Positions 28,065 to 38,602 are shown, counted from the stretch's first letter. The stretch: 64,000 nt of DNA from Nitrosopumilus sp. (GCA_963662625.1 OY759726.1:1088001-1152000), one strand, 5' to 3'. Program-made: numbers and translations. Notes: generated by a model not told the origin, from the letters alone.

Positions 28065-28583
28065 ATGGACATGAACGCTAGCAAGAAGGTGCACGAGATA
28101 GGATACGGCCTGAAGGACGCCAAGATTACGGTCAGCCGCGATCTGAACTTCGACGTCGCGAACGTCAAGATCACCAGCAACCAGGGCGAGATGCTCAACC
28201 TGCCGCGCTGGGTGGGGCAGATCCTGGAGGACAACGGCCTGGGGGACCTGGACGGCCCCGACATGATCGCCGAGCTCAAGCAGGCCCTCGCAAAGGAGCA
28301 GATGGTGGGCGAGTACAACCTGCCAGCACTGGATCCGGACTTTTACATCAGGCTCAAGGCGGCCATGGCAAAGCTGGACAGGCACGACTTTGACAACGTC
28401 GAAGGCAGCATGATGGAGCTGTTCCGGAAGCGCCGCGGGAAGATCATCAAGCTGGCCGACTCGTCGAAGCTGACCGCCGAGTTCAACTCCAAGCTCACCT
28501 CCGAGGAGAAGATCTTCTTCGAGGCGATAAGGGAGAACAGCGTCGCGTTCGAGCGGCAGATGAGGGGCGGCCCCGGTGAGTGA
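28065..28583 (+). CDS. GINS complex subunit (Gins23-like)
   Basis: LPRW beta-domain motif, FYIRLK, KRRGKIIKLA, LTSEEK; overlaps the start of mcm. Confidence 0.8.
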   Translation: MDMNASKKVHEIGYGLKDAKITVSRDLNFDVANVKITSNQGEMLNLPRWVGQILEDNGLGDLDGPDMIAELKQALAKEQMVGEYNLPALDPDFYIRLKAAMAKLDRHDFDNVEGSMMELFRKRRGKIIKLADSSKLTAEFNSKLTSEEKIFFEAIRENSVAFERQMRGGPGE

Positions 28584-30663
28584 GGCGCAGGCGGGCGCGT
28601 TTACCGACTCTGCGCTGTCGGACCGCGTGAGGATGTTCCTGTCGCGGTTCAAGTCGCCCGACGGCAGCTACAAGTACGTCCAGTCAATCGACGAGATGAT
28701 GCCAAAGGGCTCAAAGTTCATCGTGGTCGACTACAACGACCTGGTCTCCGAGCCGGAACTCGAGTCGCTGTTCCGCAGCGACCCCGACAGGATACTCTCG
28801 GCGTTCTCCCGCGGCATGAAGGAGACGCTGCAGACCAGGTTCCCAGACTATGCCGAAAAGATAAAGGACGAGATCAGGGTGAGGCTGGCAAACTTCCCGC
28901 TGGAGCGCAGCCTCCGGCAGATCAACTCCGAGACCATAGGGAAGATCACCAGCGTCTCGGGCATGGTGGTCAGGTCCTCGGAGGTGAAGCCCCTTGCCAA
29001 GGAGATCACGTTCGTCTGCCCCGACGGGCACCCCACCAAGGTGATCCAGGTCAAGGGGATGAGCTTCAGCACCCCGATGGTGTGCGACCACGCCAACTGC
29101 AAGCAACGCGCCTTCGAGCTAAAGCCCGACGAAAGCCAGTTCATCGACTTCCAGATCCTCCGGCTCCAGGAGCTCCCCGAGGACCTCCCGCCGGGGCAGC
29201 TCCCGCACTACGTCGACGTCACGATAAAGCAGGACCTGGTGGACAACGCGAGGCCGGGGGACCGCATAATACTGACCGGGATCGTCCGGATAGAGCAGGA
29301 GTCGGTCGCCGGGGTCACCAAGGGACACAGCGGGCTGTACAGGCTCAGGATCGAGGGGAACAACATAGAGTACCTGGGCGGCAGGGGCACGAAGACGTCG
29401 AGGAAGACGGAACGGGAGGAGATCTCGCCCGAGGAGGAGAAGATAATCAGGGCGCTGTCGTCCAACCCCGACATCTACGACAGGCTGATCGACTCGTTCG
29501 CGCCGCACATACAGGGGCAGTCCCTGATCAAGGAGGCGATCCTGCTGCTGGTCGTGGGCTCCACGCAGAGGTCGCTGGGCGACGGCAGCAAGATCCGCGG
29601 CGACATCAACATATTCCTGGTGGGGGACCCGGGCACCGCGAAGAGCGAGATGCTGAAGTTCTGCGCGAGGATCGCGCCGAGGGGCCTTTACACGTCCGGG
29701 AGGGGCTCCACGGCGGCCGGCCTCACGGCCGCGGTGGTCAGGGACAAGACGGGGATCATGATGCTGGAGGCAGGCGCCGTCGTGCTGGGGGACCAGGGCC
29801 TGGTGTGCATAGACGAGTTCGACAAGATGAAGCCCGAGGACAGGAGCGCGCTCCACGAGGTCATGGAGCAGCAGTCGGCGAGCATCGCCAAGGGGGGGAT
29901 CGTGGCCACCCTCAACGCGCGCACGTCCATCCTCGCCGCGGCGAACCCCATGTACGGCAAGTACGACCCGTTCAAGAACATCACCGAGAACGTGAACCTG
30001 CCGATCCCGCTCCTCACCAGGTTCGACCTGATATTCGTCGTGAGGGACATACCCACCAAGGAGCGCGACGAGAAGATCGCGCGGCACATCATCGAGCTTC
30101 ACACCCCGCAGGGGACGGACAAGCGCTCCATAATAGACGTCGACATACTGACAAAGTACCTGGCCTACGCCAAGCGCATCTCCCCGGTCCTGACAAGGGA
30201 GGCCGAGGAGAAGATCCTCGCCTACTACCTGGACATGAGGAACGTGGAGTCCGAGGAGATGATCACGGTCACCCCGAGGCAGCTGGAGGGGATCATCCGG
30301 CTCTCTACGGCAAGGGCGAGGATGCTCATGAAGACCACCGTGGACGCCGAGGACGCGGAGAGGGCCATCTACCTGATCCAGAACATGCTCTCAAACGCCG
30401 GCGTGGACGTCAACACCGGCAAGGTGGACCTGGGCGTCCTGCAGGGCAGGCCCCAGAGCGAGGTCTCCAAGATGCAGCTGTTCATGGACGTCCTGAAGTC
30501 CCTCGAGGGCGACAACAAGTCCCCCGTGGAGGAGAAGGCCTTCGTCGACGAGCTCGTAAAGACCGAAAAGTTCGCCGAGGACGACGCGAGGAACTACATC
30601 CGGAGGATGCTCCGCGAGGCGTCCATATACGAGTCAAAGCCAGGCCACTACAACCGCGTGTGA
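28576..30663 (+). CDS. mcm: MCM replicative helicase
   Basis: GDPGTAKS, IDEFDKM, MEQQ, AANP, Zn-binding CPDGH...CDHANC; no intein. Confidence 0.96.
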   Translation: MSEAQAGAFTDSALSDRVRMFLSRFKSPDGSYKYVQSIDEMMPKGSKFIVVDYNDLVSEPELESLFRSDPDRILSAFSRGMKETLQTRFPDYAEKIKDEIRVRLANFPLERSLRQINSETIGKITSVSGMVVRSSEVKPLAKEITFVCPDGHPTKVIQVKGMSFSTPMVCDHANCKQRAFELKPDESQFIDFQILRLQELPEDLPPGQLPHYVDVTIKQDLVDNARPGDRIILTGIVRIEQESVAGVTKGHSGLYRLRIEGNNIEYLGGRGTKTSRKTEREEISPEEEKIIRALSSNPDIYDRLIDSFAPHIQGQSLIKEAILLLVVGSTQRSLGDGSKIRGDINIFLVGDPGTAKSEMLKFCARIAPRGLYTSGRGSTAAGLTAAVVRDKTGIMMLEAGAVVLGDQGLVCIDEFDKMKPEDRSALHEVMEQQSASIAKGGIVATLNARTSILAAANPMYGKYDPFKNITENVNLPIPLLTRFDLIFVVRDIPTKERDEKIARHIIELHTPQGTDKRSIIDVDILTKYLAYAKRISPVLTREAEEKILAYYLDMRNVESEEMITVTPRQLEGIIRLSTARARMLMKTTVDAEDAERAIYLIQNMLSNAGVDVNTGKVDLGVLQGRPQSEVSKMQLFMDVLKSLEGDNKSPVEEKAFVDELVKTEKFAEDDARNYIRRMLREASIYESKPGHYNRV

Positions 30664-30865
30664 GGCCAGGCGCGCGCGCAGCACCTGCCGTCTTCCCATC
30701 CGGCAGGTTCCGCGGCATCCCACTTCCCGCCACCCCTGCCCGCGGCTTGCGTGTGGGTGCCGCGGCCCGGCGCCGCCCCGGGTCCCGCGCCGGGGCGTCG
30801 GCGGCAGCCGCGCCCGCTGCGAAGCACCTATTTATGAACCAAAACACAGCAACCACTGACCGCGC

Positions 30866-33004
30866 GTGAAGTCCAAGAAGCCCCGCCTGCCGCCGGCCGC
30901 GGCCAAGTACATGGAGTCCGAAGGGTTCGGCGGCCTGTACCCGCCGCAGGCAGACTGCGTGAGGTCCGGGCTGCTCGACGGCGCCAGCCTGCTGGTATCG
31001 GCGCCCACCGCCAGCGGCAAGACCCTCATCGCCATACTCGCCATCATAAGCTACCTGTCGAAGAACGACGGCAAGGTGGTCTACCTGAGCCCCCTGCGCG
31101 CCCTGGCGGCCGAAAAGCTCGCGGAATTCAAAAAGCTGGAAAGGATGGCGCCTGGGAGGAGGATCAGGGTCTCGATGTCCACTGGAGACTCCGGGGACGC
31201 CGGGGGGAGCCTGGCCAGGAGCGACGTGCTGATACTCACCAACGAGAGGATGGACTCCGCGATACGCCACGGCGCCGACTGGGTCGACGACATAGGCCTC
31301 GTAATAGCCGACGAGGTCCACCTGATCGGGGACCACGGCAGGGGGCCGGCACTCGAGATGGTGCTGACCCAGATGAAGATGCTCGATCCCAGGCCGCAGA
31401 TAGTCGGCCTCAGCGCCACCGTCACCAACTCCGGGGAGATCGCCGACTGGCTAGGCTGCAGGCTGGTGGAGAGCGACTGGAGGCCCGTCCCGCTCTCCGA
31501 GGGGGTCAGCGGGCGGGGCCGGGTCTCCATGAACGACGGCACTACCTTCGAGTTTGAGCCCAGCGTGCGCGGGACGGCGGTGGACCTGGGCGTGCAGTCG
31601 GTGGCGGACGGCGGCCAGTCCCTCGTGTTTGCCGAGACCCGGGCCCGCTCGAGGTCACTGGCGGCCAAGGCCGCAGACGCGGTCTCGCGGCACCTCCAGA
31701 AAAGCGAGGCCGCGCGGCTCGGGAGGACCTCCCGGAAGATCCTCGCCGACAACGAGAACACCGACCTGGTCAGGACGCTGGCCGAACTGGTGAGGAAGGG
31801 CGTCGCGTTCCACCACGCGGGGCTGAACCAGAACTGCCGGCACGCGGTGGAGGCAGAGTTCCGGAGGGGTACCATAAAGCTGCTGTCCTCGACCCCCACG
31901 CTGGCGGCAGGCGTGAACCTCCCGGCAAGGCGCGTCGTGGTATCCAGCGTCACCAGGTACGACGCGAGGGCGGGGGCAAGCATGCCCATCAGCGTGCTGG
32001 AATACAAGCAGCTCTGCGGGAGGGCCGGCAGGCCTCAGTTCGACGACCACGGCCAGGCGATCATAGTGGGGGCCGGCAACGCCGGGGATCTGGAGGAGCG
32101 ATACGTCATGGGCGAGCCCGAGCCCATCGAGTCCGGGATCACAGGCGACAGGTCCCTGCGGACGCACGTGCTGAGCGTCATCGTCACGCACCCCGGGATA
32201 ACGAGGGATGGGCTGCTGGACTTTTTCCTGCAGACGCTGGGGGGGACGCAGTCCAGAAAGCCCGCCGTAAAGTTCGCCATGAACATATCGCTGCGGTTCC
32301 TGTCGAGCCAGGGCATGGTAGTGAGCAGGGGTGACCGGTACGCCGCGACGGCGTTCGGGAAGAAGGCGTCCGTGCTCTACATCGATCCGCTGACCGCGAC
32401 CTCCTTCCGGGACGCCGTGGCGGGCGCCTCCGAGGGGCGCAGCCACGCGTTCGGGTTCCTGCACCTCATATCGGAGTGCGAGGAGTTCTTCCCGCGGTTC
32501 TCCATGAGGAACAGGGACTACGAGGCCGCCGGGATCCTGATCGAGAACCTGTCCCACGAGCTACTGTCGCCGATCTCCGAATACGACTGCTCCAGGAGCC
32601 TGATCGCCCTGCATTACTGGATAACGGAGCGCTCGGAACTGTCCATGTCCGACGCGCTGGGGGTGGAGTCCGGGGACATGCACAGGATGGCGGAGACGGC
32701 CGGCAGGCTGGCCTACTGCCTCCGGGAGATCGCAAAGCACGCGGGGAGGGCGGACCTCCTCGACGAGCTCGACTCGCTCCGGGCGCGCATCGCCTACGGC
32801 ATCCGGGAGGACCTGCTGGACCTGGTGAGGGTCAAGGGCATAGGCCGCGTCAGGGCCAGGGCCCTGCACAGGAGCGGGATCAGGGACCTGGACGGCCTCG
32901 CAAGGGCCACGGTGGAGAGGCTGGCGGGAACGGACAAGATCGGGCCGGCCATCGCAAAGAGCATAAAGTCAGAGCTGAGGAGGACGGGGACCTGGCCGAG
33001 CTGA
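30866..33004 (+). CDS. hel308: Ski2-like SF2 helicase Hel308/Hjm
   Basis: APTASGKT, DEVH, LSAT, FHHAGL, TLAAGVNLPA, GRAGR and a C-terminal HhH (KGIGRVRAR). Confidence 0.92.
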   Translation: MKSKKPRLPPAAAKYMESEGFGGLYPPQADCVRSGLLDGASLLVSAPTASGKTLIAILAIISYLSKNDGKVVYLSPLRALAAEKLAEFKKLERMAPGRRIRVSMSTGDSGDAGGSLARSDVLILTNERMDSAIRHGADWVDDIGLVIADEVHLIGDHGRGPALEMVLTQMKMLDPRPQIVGLSATVTNSGEIADWLGCRLVESDWRPVPLSEGVSGRGRVSMNDGTTFEFEPSVRGTAVDLGVQSVADGGQSLVFAETRARSRSLAAKAADAVSRHLQKSEAARLGRTSRKILADNENTDLVRTLAELVRKGVAFHHAGLNQNCRHAVEAEFRRGTIKLLSSTPTLAAGVNLPARRVVVSSVTRYDARAGASMPISVLEYKQLCGRAGRPQFDDHGQAIIVGAGNAGDLEERYVMGEPEPIESGITGDRSLRTHVLSVIVTHPGITRDGLLDFFLQTLGGTQSRKPAVKFAMNISLRFLSSQGMVVSRGDRYAATAFGKKASVLYIDPLTATSFRDAVAGASEGRSHAFGFLHLISECEEFFPRFSMRNRDYEAAGILIENLSHELLSPISEYDCSRSLIALHYWITERSELSMSDALGVESGDMHRMAETAGRLAYCLREIAKHAGRADLLDELDSLRARIAYGIREDLLDLVRVKGIGRVRARALHRSGIRDLDGLARATVERLAGTDKIGPAIAKSIKSELRRTGTWPS

Positions 33005-34020
33005 TGCTGCCGGGGCTAGCCTCATGCGCGGCCGCGTTCCTGGTGGTATACCTCTGCACGCCGCCCCTGATCGGGTACCTGCAGGGCCGGGGCCTCGTGG
33101 TGAGGGACGCGAACAAGCGGGGAAGGGTGATGGTGGCGAGGCCCGGCGGCATCTCGCTGATCCTGGGCCTGGTGTCCGCGGAAGCAGTCCTGTACGCGTT
33201 CCTGCAGTCTGGCGAGATCCTGGCAGTCATGGCCACCGGCACGCTCGCGTTCCTGGTGGGCTACGTGGACGACAGGAAGGGCGCGTACTCGGCCGGCCTG
33301 GGCCGGCTCCGGCGGCTGGCGATCAGGTGGCTCAAGCCGGCGGCGCTCGCGGCCGCCGCGCTGCCGATACTCCTCCTCGGCGCGCACGGCTCCGACCTCG
33401 AGTTCCCGCCGTTTGGCCGGGTGCACATCCCGGTGCTGTACGTGGGGGTGGTCGTCTTCATGGTGGTGGTGACGGGGAACACGGTAAACTCCATAGACGT
33501 GCTAAACGGGGTGGCCAGCGGGTTCATGGCCATCGCGGGGTTCTCCCTCGGCGCCTCCCTGTTCATCCTGCAGAACTACGAGATGGCCCTGGCAAGCCTG
33601 ACGCTCGGCTTTGCCTCCCTCGCGTTTTACAGGTACCACAAGCTCCCGAGCAGGGTATTCCCCGGGGACTCGGGGGCGCTTGCGCTGGGGGCCATGTACG
33701 GGGCGATAGCGATAGCCGGCCGGGTCGAGGTCGTCGCGGCGGTGGCCCTGCTTCCGGCCATACTGAACTCCTTCCTGTTCCTGTCAAGCGTCAAGCGCAT
33801 AGTGGAGCACCGGCAGATACGGGACAGGCCCGTGGAGCTCACCCCGGACATGAAGCTCAGGGCCACCGGCGCGGCGCGCGCGCCGGTCACCCTGGTCAGG
33901 CTGATCCTGGCCCCGGGGCCGATGACCGAGGGGCAGGTCGCAGGCGCGATACTCCGGCTGGCGGCCTTCTCGGGGGCGCTGGCGGTGGCCACGGCGGCGA
34001 TGATGGCGGTGTCGGCATGA
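33004..34020 (+). CDS. UDP-GlcNAc:dolichol-phosphate GlcNAc-1-P transferase (MraY/GPT family, AglH-like)
   Basis: GYVDD, NSIDVLNG, RVFPGDSG and many TM helices; the ATG overlaps the hel308 stop. Confidence 0.85.
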   Translation: MLPGLASCAAAFLVVYLCTPPLIGYLQGRGLVVRDANKRGRVMVARPGGISLILGLVSAEAVLYAFLQSGEILAVMATGTLAFLVGYVDDRKGAYSAGLGRLRRLAIRWLKPAALAAAALPILLLGAHGSDLEFPPFGRVHIPVLYVGVVVFMVVVTGNTVNSIDVLNGVASGFMAIAGFSLGASLFILQNYEMALASLTLGFASLAFYRYHKLPSRVFPGDSGALALGAMYGAIAIAGRVEVVAAVALLPAILNSFLFLSSVKRIVEHRQIRDRPVELTPDMKLRATGAARAPVTLVRLILAPGPMTEGQVAGAILRLAAFSGALAVATAAMMAVSA

Positions 34021-34244
34021 TCGGGATCCTCTGCTTCCTGTCTGCGATGTGGGCGCTGCTCCTGGCAGGTGGGGCCGTGGCGGTCCTCGTGCTCGGCGCG
34101 TTCTCGGTCTCCGGGCACGGCGACCTCGACGCGGCCCTGACGTCGGCCGCAAAGGCCGCGACCGCGGCCCTGCTGGTTGCCGCGTGGGTGCTGGCCCTCT
34201 CCAAGGCAAAGAACTGGATGTTCCGAAGGGAGCTGCGGTCCTAG
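34017..34244 (+). CDS. Small two-TM membrane protein
   Basis: ATGA overlap with the upstream stop; sequence MIGILCFLSAMWALLLAGG...LSKAKNWMFRRELRS. Confidence 0.6.
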   Translation: MIGILCFLSAMWALLLAGGAVAVLVLGAFSVSGHGDLDAALTSAAKAATAALLVAAWVLALSKAKNWMFRRELRS

Positions 34245-34717
34245 GACCCGAGCCACCCCTTCTTCCTCGCCTCGTACTCTGCCCTCGAGTACCTCACGGT
34301 GGCCGGGATCCCGGCCACCACCGCGTCGTCGGGGACGTCCCTCGTCACCACGGCCCCCATCGCGACGACGCTGTTGCTCCCCACGGTGAGCCCCGCCCCT
34401 ATCACGGCGCGCGCCCCGATCACCGCGTTGTCCTTGACCGTGACCCCTGCCAGCCTGCTGCACATGGGGTAGGGGTCGTTTGTCAGCACCGCGGCCGGGC
34501 CTATGAAGACGTTGTCCCCTATGGTGCACAGGGGCGGGATGTACGCGTGCCCCTCGATCCTCGTGTTGCTGCCCACCCTGACGCCGTAATCGACGTGCGC
34601 GAGCGCCCCGATCACCGCGTTGTCGCCGATCACGGCGCCGTCCCCGACGTAGGCATAGTGCCAGACCTTCGCCCCCTTCCCGATCCTCGCGCTGCCGGAG
34701 ACGAAGCTGTCGACCAT
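34241..34717 (-). CDS. Hexapeptide-repeat N-acetyltransferase (WbpD/WlbB-like)
   Basis: Left-handed beta-helix repeats; IGPAAVLTND.YP; VVAGIPA. Confidence 0.88.
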   Translation of the reverse strand: MVDSFVSGSARIGKGAKVWHYAYVGDGAVIGDNAVIGALAHVDYGVRVGSNTRIEGHAYIPPLCTIGDNVFIGPAAVLTNDPYPMCSRLAGVTVKDNAVIGARAVIGAGLTVGSNSVVAMGAVVTRDVPDDAVVAGIPATVRYSRAEYEARKKGWLGS

Positions 34718-34723
34718 GGGGGA

Positions 34724-34993
34724 TCACAGGTGCCACGGGCTTGCCGCCGAGACTATCTTGCCTGGCAGCGCGTCCCTGTTTCTCTTGAGGAACCCCTCCT
34801 CCATCTCCCTGTCGCGGAGCTCGTCGGGCAGCATTATCGGGATCTCCTCGATTATGGGGTAGAACCTGGAGCATTTCGCGCAGTACAGCGCCCCCTCGGA
34901 GACTACGTCCCGCGCCTCGCTGACCGCGAACAGCTCGAGCGGGTAGCTCTTGTCTATCGGACACGCCAGGATGTCCAGCATCGACCTCTTCAT
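34724..34993 (-). CDS. Trm112-family protein
   Basis: LDILACPIDK ... EGALYCAKCSRFYPIIEEIPIML. Confidence 0.9.
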   Translation of the reverse strand: MKRSMLDILACPIDKSYPLELFAVSEARDVVSEGALYCAKCSRFYPIIEEIPIMLPDELRDREMEEGFLKRNRDALPGKIVSAASPWHL

Positions 34994-35922
34994 TTCAACT
35001 CCAGATATATCGGGACGCCCTTCCGGCTAGATAAAACTGCCGCCTCCGCAATCCTCGTGACGTTCACGGCCTCCTGGGGCTTTACGACCGGGTCGTTGTC
35101 GCCCCTGGCGGCGCCCAGGAAGCTCTCTATCTCCAGGCGCAGGGGCTCCTGCCCGCCGCCCGACAGGGTCTCTGTCCCGTCCTTGCCCTCCACCACGACC
35201 TCCTGCGAGATAAAGTCCGACGTGATGACCGCGCCGGTGCACACGGCGCTGAACGTCCTGACCCTCCTCGGCGTGATCCAGCTGGAGGAGATCACCGCAG
35301 TCTTCCCGTCCCCGTACCCCAGCATGATGCTGGCAAAGTCGTGGTGCTCGCGGTTGACGCTGCCGGCCATCGCAAAGACCACGGACGGCGTCCCGCCAAA
35401 CAGCCAGTTGGCCGCGTCGATGTCGTGCACCGCGGTGTCGTGGATGATGCTCACGTCGCTGCGCGGCGGCACGGCGTTCTCCCTGTGGAACTCCAGCGCG
35501 ACCAGGTCGCCGTCCGCGCCCCGGTCCAGGCGTGACTTTACCATCCCCACGGCGGGGTTGAACCTCTCTATGTACCCGCAGGTCAGGACCGCCCCGCTCC
35601 CCTCTGCGAGCCCGACCAGCCTCTGGGCCTTGTCCGACCTGCGGCTGATGGGCTTTTCCACGAAGACGTGCTTTTTCGCCTCCAGCAGCCTCGCCGCTAT
35701 GTCAAAGTGCGTCCCCATGTGCGTCGCGACGAGGGCCGCGTCAAACTCCTCCGCGCCGATCAGTTCCTCCACCGAGCCGTAGTGGTTCACCGAGTACATG
35801 CTCCCGAACCCGGCGCCCCTCTCCTCGTCGGCGTCGCACACGGCGCACAGGACGCCCATCTCCGAGAGGATGCGCGCGTGGTTCTTGCCCCAGCTGCCGG
35901 CCCCCACAAGCGCGACCCTCAT
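34990..35922 (-). CDS. Gfo/Idh/MocA oxidoreductase (WbpB/WlbA-like sugar 3-dehydrogenase)
   Basis: GAGSWGKNH, HVFVEKP, ERFNP, DTAVHDID. Confidence 0.88.
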   Translation of the reverse strand: MRVALVGAGSWGKNHARILSEMGVLCAVCDADEERGAGFGSMYSVNHYGSVEELIGAEEFDAALVATHMGTHFDIAARLLEAKKHVFVEKPISRRSDKAQRLVGLAEGSGAVLTCGYIERFNPAVGMVKSRLDRGADGDLVALEFHRENAVPPRSDVSIIHDTAVHDIDAANWLFGGTPSVVFAMAGSVNREHHDFASIMLGYGDGKTAVISSSWITPRRVRTFSAVCTGAVITSDFISQEVVVEGKDGTETLSGGGQEPLRLEIESFLGAARGDNDPVVKPQEAVNVTRIAEAAVLSSRKGVPIYLELK

Positions 35923-36840
35923 CTAGTACACCGCCGTGAGCCAGTGGGAATAGTCCCGGTTCCTCCCGGTGACGGCGTCCCGGTACCCAGACATCATGCC
36001 CCTGGTGACGCCCCCCGGCTTCCCGTCGCCCACGGCCTCCCCGTCAACCGACGTCACCGGGGTGATCTCGGCGGCCGTCCCGGTCAGGAACACCTCGTCG
36101 GCCAGCGCGAGCTCGCTGCGCGGGATCCCCCTCTCCGCCACGCCGATGCCCGCGTCCCCGGCGATCCTGATCACCGTGTCGCGCGTGATCCCCTCGAGGG
36201 CGGAGGACGAGAGCGGCGGCGTCACGAGCTGGCCGTCCCTCACGATGAATATGTTCTCCCCGGGGGCCTCGCTGACGTCGCCCCTGTGGTCCAGCATGAT
36301 CGCCTCGTCGTGCCCCCCGCCCCTCGCCTCCCGCGTCGCCATGATTGAGTTGAGGTAGTTCCCGCCCATCTTTGCCTGGGCCGGCGTCGACGCGTCGGAG
36401 AACTTCCTCCAGGACACGACGCCCGCGGAGATCCCGTTCTTGTCAAACAGGTCGCCGAACGGAAACATGCACACCGCGGCGTGCGTGGGGGCCCTGCCCG
36501 TGACGTGCAGGTTGATGCCATAGTCCCCTATGAAGTAAAACGGCCGGATGTAGCATGACTTCTTCACCCCGTTCTTCCTGCAGAGCCCGGTTATGGCGTC
36601 GTTTATCTGGCCGTCGGAGAAGTCCAGCCGCATCCCGTAGAACCTGCCGGACCTCCTGAACCTCCTGGTGTGGTCGGCCAGCCTGAAAACGAGCAGGTTG
36701 CCCCCGCTCCAGTACGCCCTCACGCCCTCGAACACCGACGTCCCGTAGTGTATCGCGTGAGTCATGATCGGGACCCTTGCCTTCTCTGCCAGGACGTAGC
36801 GGCCGTCAAACCACACGTACCTCGATAGGGCTGGCTTCAC
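35923..36840 (-). CDS. ilvE: Branched-chain amino acid aminotransferase (PLP fold IV)
   Basis: HYGTSVFEG, AKMGGNYLNS, E..GENIF, LEGITR, GTAAEITPV. Confidence 0.93.
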   Translation of the reverse strand: MKPALSRYVWFDGRYVLAEKARVPIMTHAIHYGTSVFEGVRAYWSGGNLLVFRLADHTRRFRRSGRFYGMRLDFSDGQINDAITGLCRKNGVKKSCYIRPFYFIGDYGINLHVTGRAPTHAAVCMFPFGDLFDKNGISAGVVSWRKFSDASTPAQAKMGGNYLNSIMATREARGGGHDEAIMLDHRGDVSEAPGENIFIVRDGQLVTPPLSSSALEGITRDTVIRIAGDAGIGVAERGIPRSELALADEVFLTGTAAEITPVTSVDGEAVGDGKPGGVTRGMMSGYRDAVTGRNRDYSHWLTAVY

Positions 36841-36869
36841 AGGGAAGAGCCCGCGGGTTCGGTATTAAT

Positions 36870-37496
36870 TCATTTGGCCCATCCGTCTTTCGGGAACTTC
36901 ATCCCGGCCACCCTGGCGGTCGCGTCCTCCATGGCGGCGAACCTCTCGACCGTGCCCCACTCCTCCTCGATCACGCCGGCCACGCTTCCCGGCACGTCGG
37001 CCCTCCAGTCGGATCCGCCTCCCAGCGCGGCGCCGTACATCTTTTCCTTCACCGACGCCGCAGAGAGCGGCCTCCTCCTTCCCACCCTGGGCCTCAGCCT
37101 GTAGATCCTCAGCACGTATCCCTCCGCCCTGTCGCCGGTATACGAGAAAAAGTCGCCCTCCACCCCCCTGAGCACCCGCCGCCGCAGCTCCCACGACTTG
37201 GGCGCGAGCAGGGGCGGCACGTACCTTTTGAACGGGGCGAAGAACGCATAGTCGTCCGTGACCGTGACCGTGTCCGCAAAGACGGACTCCAGCATCCTCT
37301 TCCTTGACTCGAAGCTGAACGGGAAACTCCGGCTGTTGATCTCGGCTGGCCCCGACCTGAAGACCACAGGCATGACCTTTACGGCGTCCGCCATGCCCTT
37401 CAGCTCCTCGACTATCTCCACGTGGGCGTTGGTCACCGGGTTTAGGTGTGCGAGGTACAGCGCGGTAGTCAACCACGGTGGCTTGGATCGCGCCAT
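36870..37496 (-). CDS. Nucleotidyltransferase-fold protein (NMN adenylyltransferase/cytidylyltransferase-like)
   Basis: HLNPVTNAH (HxGH variant), PFSFESRKRM, LSAASVK ... W...VPGSV. Confidence 0.65.
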   Translation of the reverse strand: MARSKPPWLTTALYLAHLNPVTNAHVEIVEELKGMADAVKVMPVVFRSGPAEINSRSFPFSFESRKRMLESVFADTVTVTDDYAFFAPFKRYVPPLLAPKSWELRRRVLRGVEGDFFSYTGDRAEGYVLRIYRLRPRVGRRRPLSAASVKEKMYGAALGGGSDWRADVPGSVAGVIEEEWGTVERFAAMEDATARVAGMKFPKDGWAK

Positions 37497-37536
37497 ATTT
37501 CAATGGTTGACATCCGGGGCGCGCCGCCGGCGGTTC

Positions 37537-38382
37537 CTACCCGTACGACTCGTACTTTACCTCAAAGCTCCCGTCTTCGCGCTTTTCGTGCTCCGTGACA
37601 AAGCCCCTGGGCTTTAAAAAGTCCATCACGCCGTCGATGGTCCCCTGCCAGCCGCACACGTAAAAGATCGTGTTCTCCTTGGTGATCTTCTCGCCCACGA
37701 GCTCCTCCAGCGGGGACATCCCGCCGTCCCTCTGCCTGAGGAAGGTCTCCACCCTCCCCACCTGGCCCGACCACGTCCTGTTGAACCACTCCTGGGGCCT
37801 GCTGATCGAGGCCCTGTACTTGAAGTTCCATTCCCCCCTGCCCCCTGCCAGGCTCTCGTCTTCAAGGTCCGTGAGGAGCTCCTTGTAGCTCAGCTCGTCG
37901 ACGTAGCTTGCCCCGTGCAGGACGACGATCTCCCTCCTGTCCCCCGTGGCGTGCAGGTGCTGCGCGAAGCTCACAAACGGCGCCAGCCCCGTCCCGCCTC
38001 CTATGCAGACTATCCTCCGGGTGTCCTTCTCGCCGTTGGGCATCTCGTCGTTTATCAGCAGCGCCCTGCCGGTGGGCTTGAGCCAGAGGATCTCGTCGCC
38101 CTCCTTTGCGTTGAAGATCTGCGTCGTCAGCCTGCCGGGCAGCGGCTTCTTGACCCACCTGATCACGAATTCCATGAACCCCTTGTTCTCGGGATGCGAC
38201 GCGAGGGAATACGCCCTGCGGACTATCTTCCCCCCCTCGCTCGGGTTTGGGAGGCCCAGAGTCAGGAACTGCCCCGCCTTGTAGTCCGGGATCTCGCCTT
38301 CCTTGGGAACTATCCTGATTATCACCAGATCCTCCTTCAGCAGCTGCACGTAAGTGACGGTCGCCTTGTTGTCCACTACCAT
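37537..38382 (-). CDS. fpr: Ferredoxin-NADP+ reductase (bacterial Fpr type)
   Basis: RRAYSLAS, GRLT, GGTGLAPF, YVCG and C-terminal E.Y. Confidence 0.9.
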   Translation of the reverse strand: MVVDNKATVTYVQLLKEDLVIIRIVPKEGEIPDYKAGQFLTLGLPNPSEGGKIVRRAYSLASHPENKGFMEFVIRWVKKPLPGRLTTQIFNAKEGDEILWLKPTGRALLINDEMPNGEKDTRRIVCIGGGTGLAPFVSFAQHLHATGDRREIVVLHGASYVDELSYKELLTDLEDESLAGGRGEWNFKYRASISRPQEWFNRTWSGQVGRVETFLRQRDGGMSPLEELVGEKITKENTIFYVCGWQGTIDGVMDFLKPRGFVTEHEKREDGSFEVKYESYG

Positions 38383-38602
38383 AACTATTCAACCATCACG
38401 AATATGGTTAAATGTTTTGTGTTAATAAGCCGTGTACGAGATGCAATGCGGCGGGGGAAATGGCGCGGACCTGCAGGCGGTCCCGCGGCGCGGAAAAAAG
38501 CGCGCGGCGGATCCGCGGGGTGCCCGGGACGGCACGGGGCGGCGGCCCGGAGGATCCCCTACCTCAAGGCGGCGCGCGGCCTCTCGGCTTGCAGTGTGCG
38601 GG

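Noticed and set aside
26920-30663. Inteins in RFC or MCM (also checked aIF5B and Hel308)
   Set aside because: The proteins have normal lengths and uninterrupted motifs.
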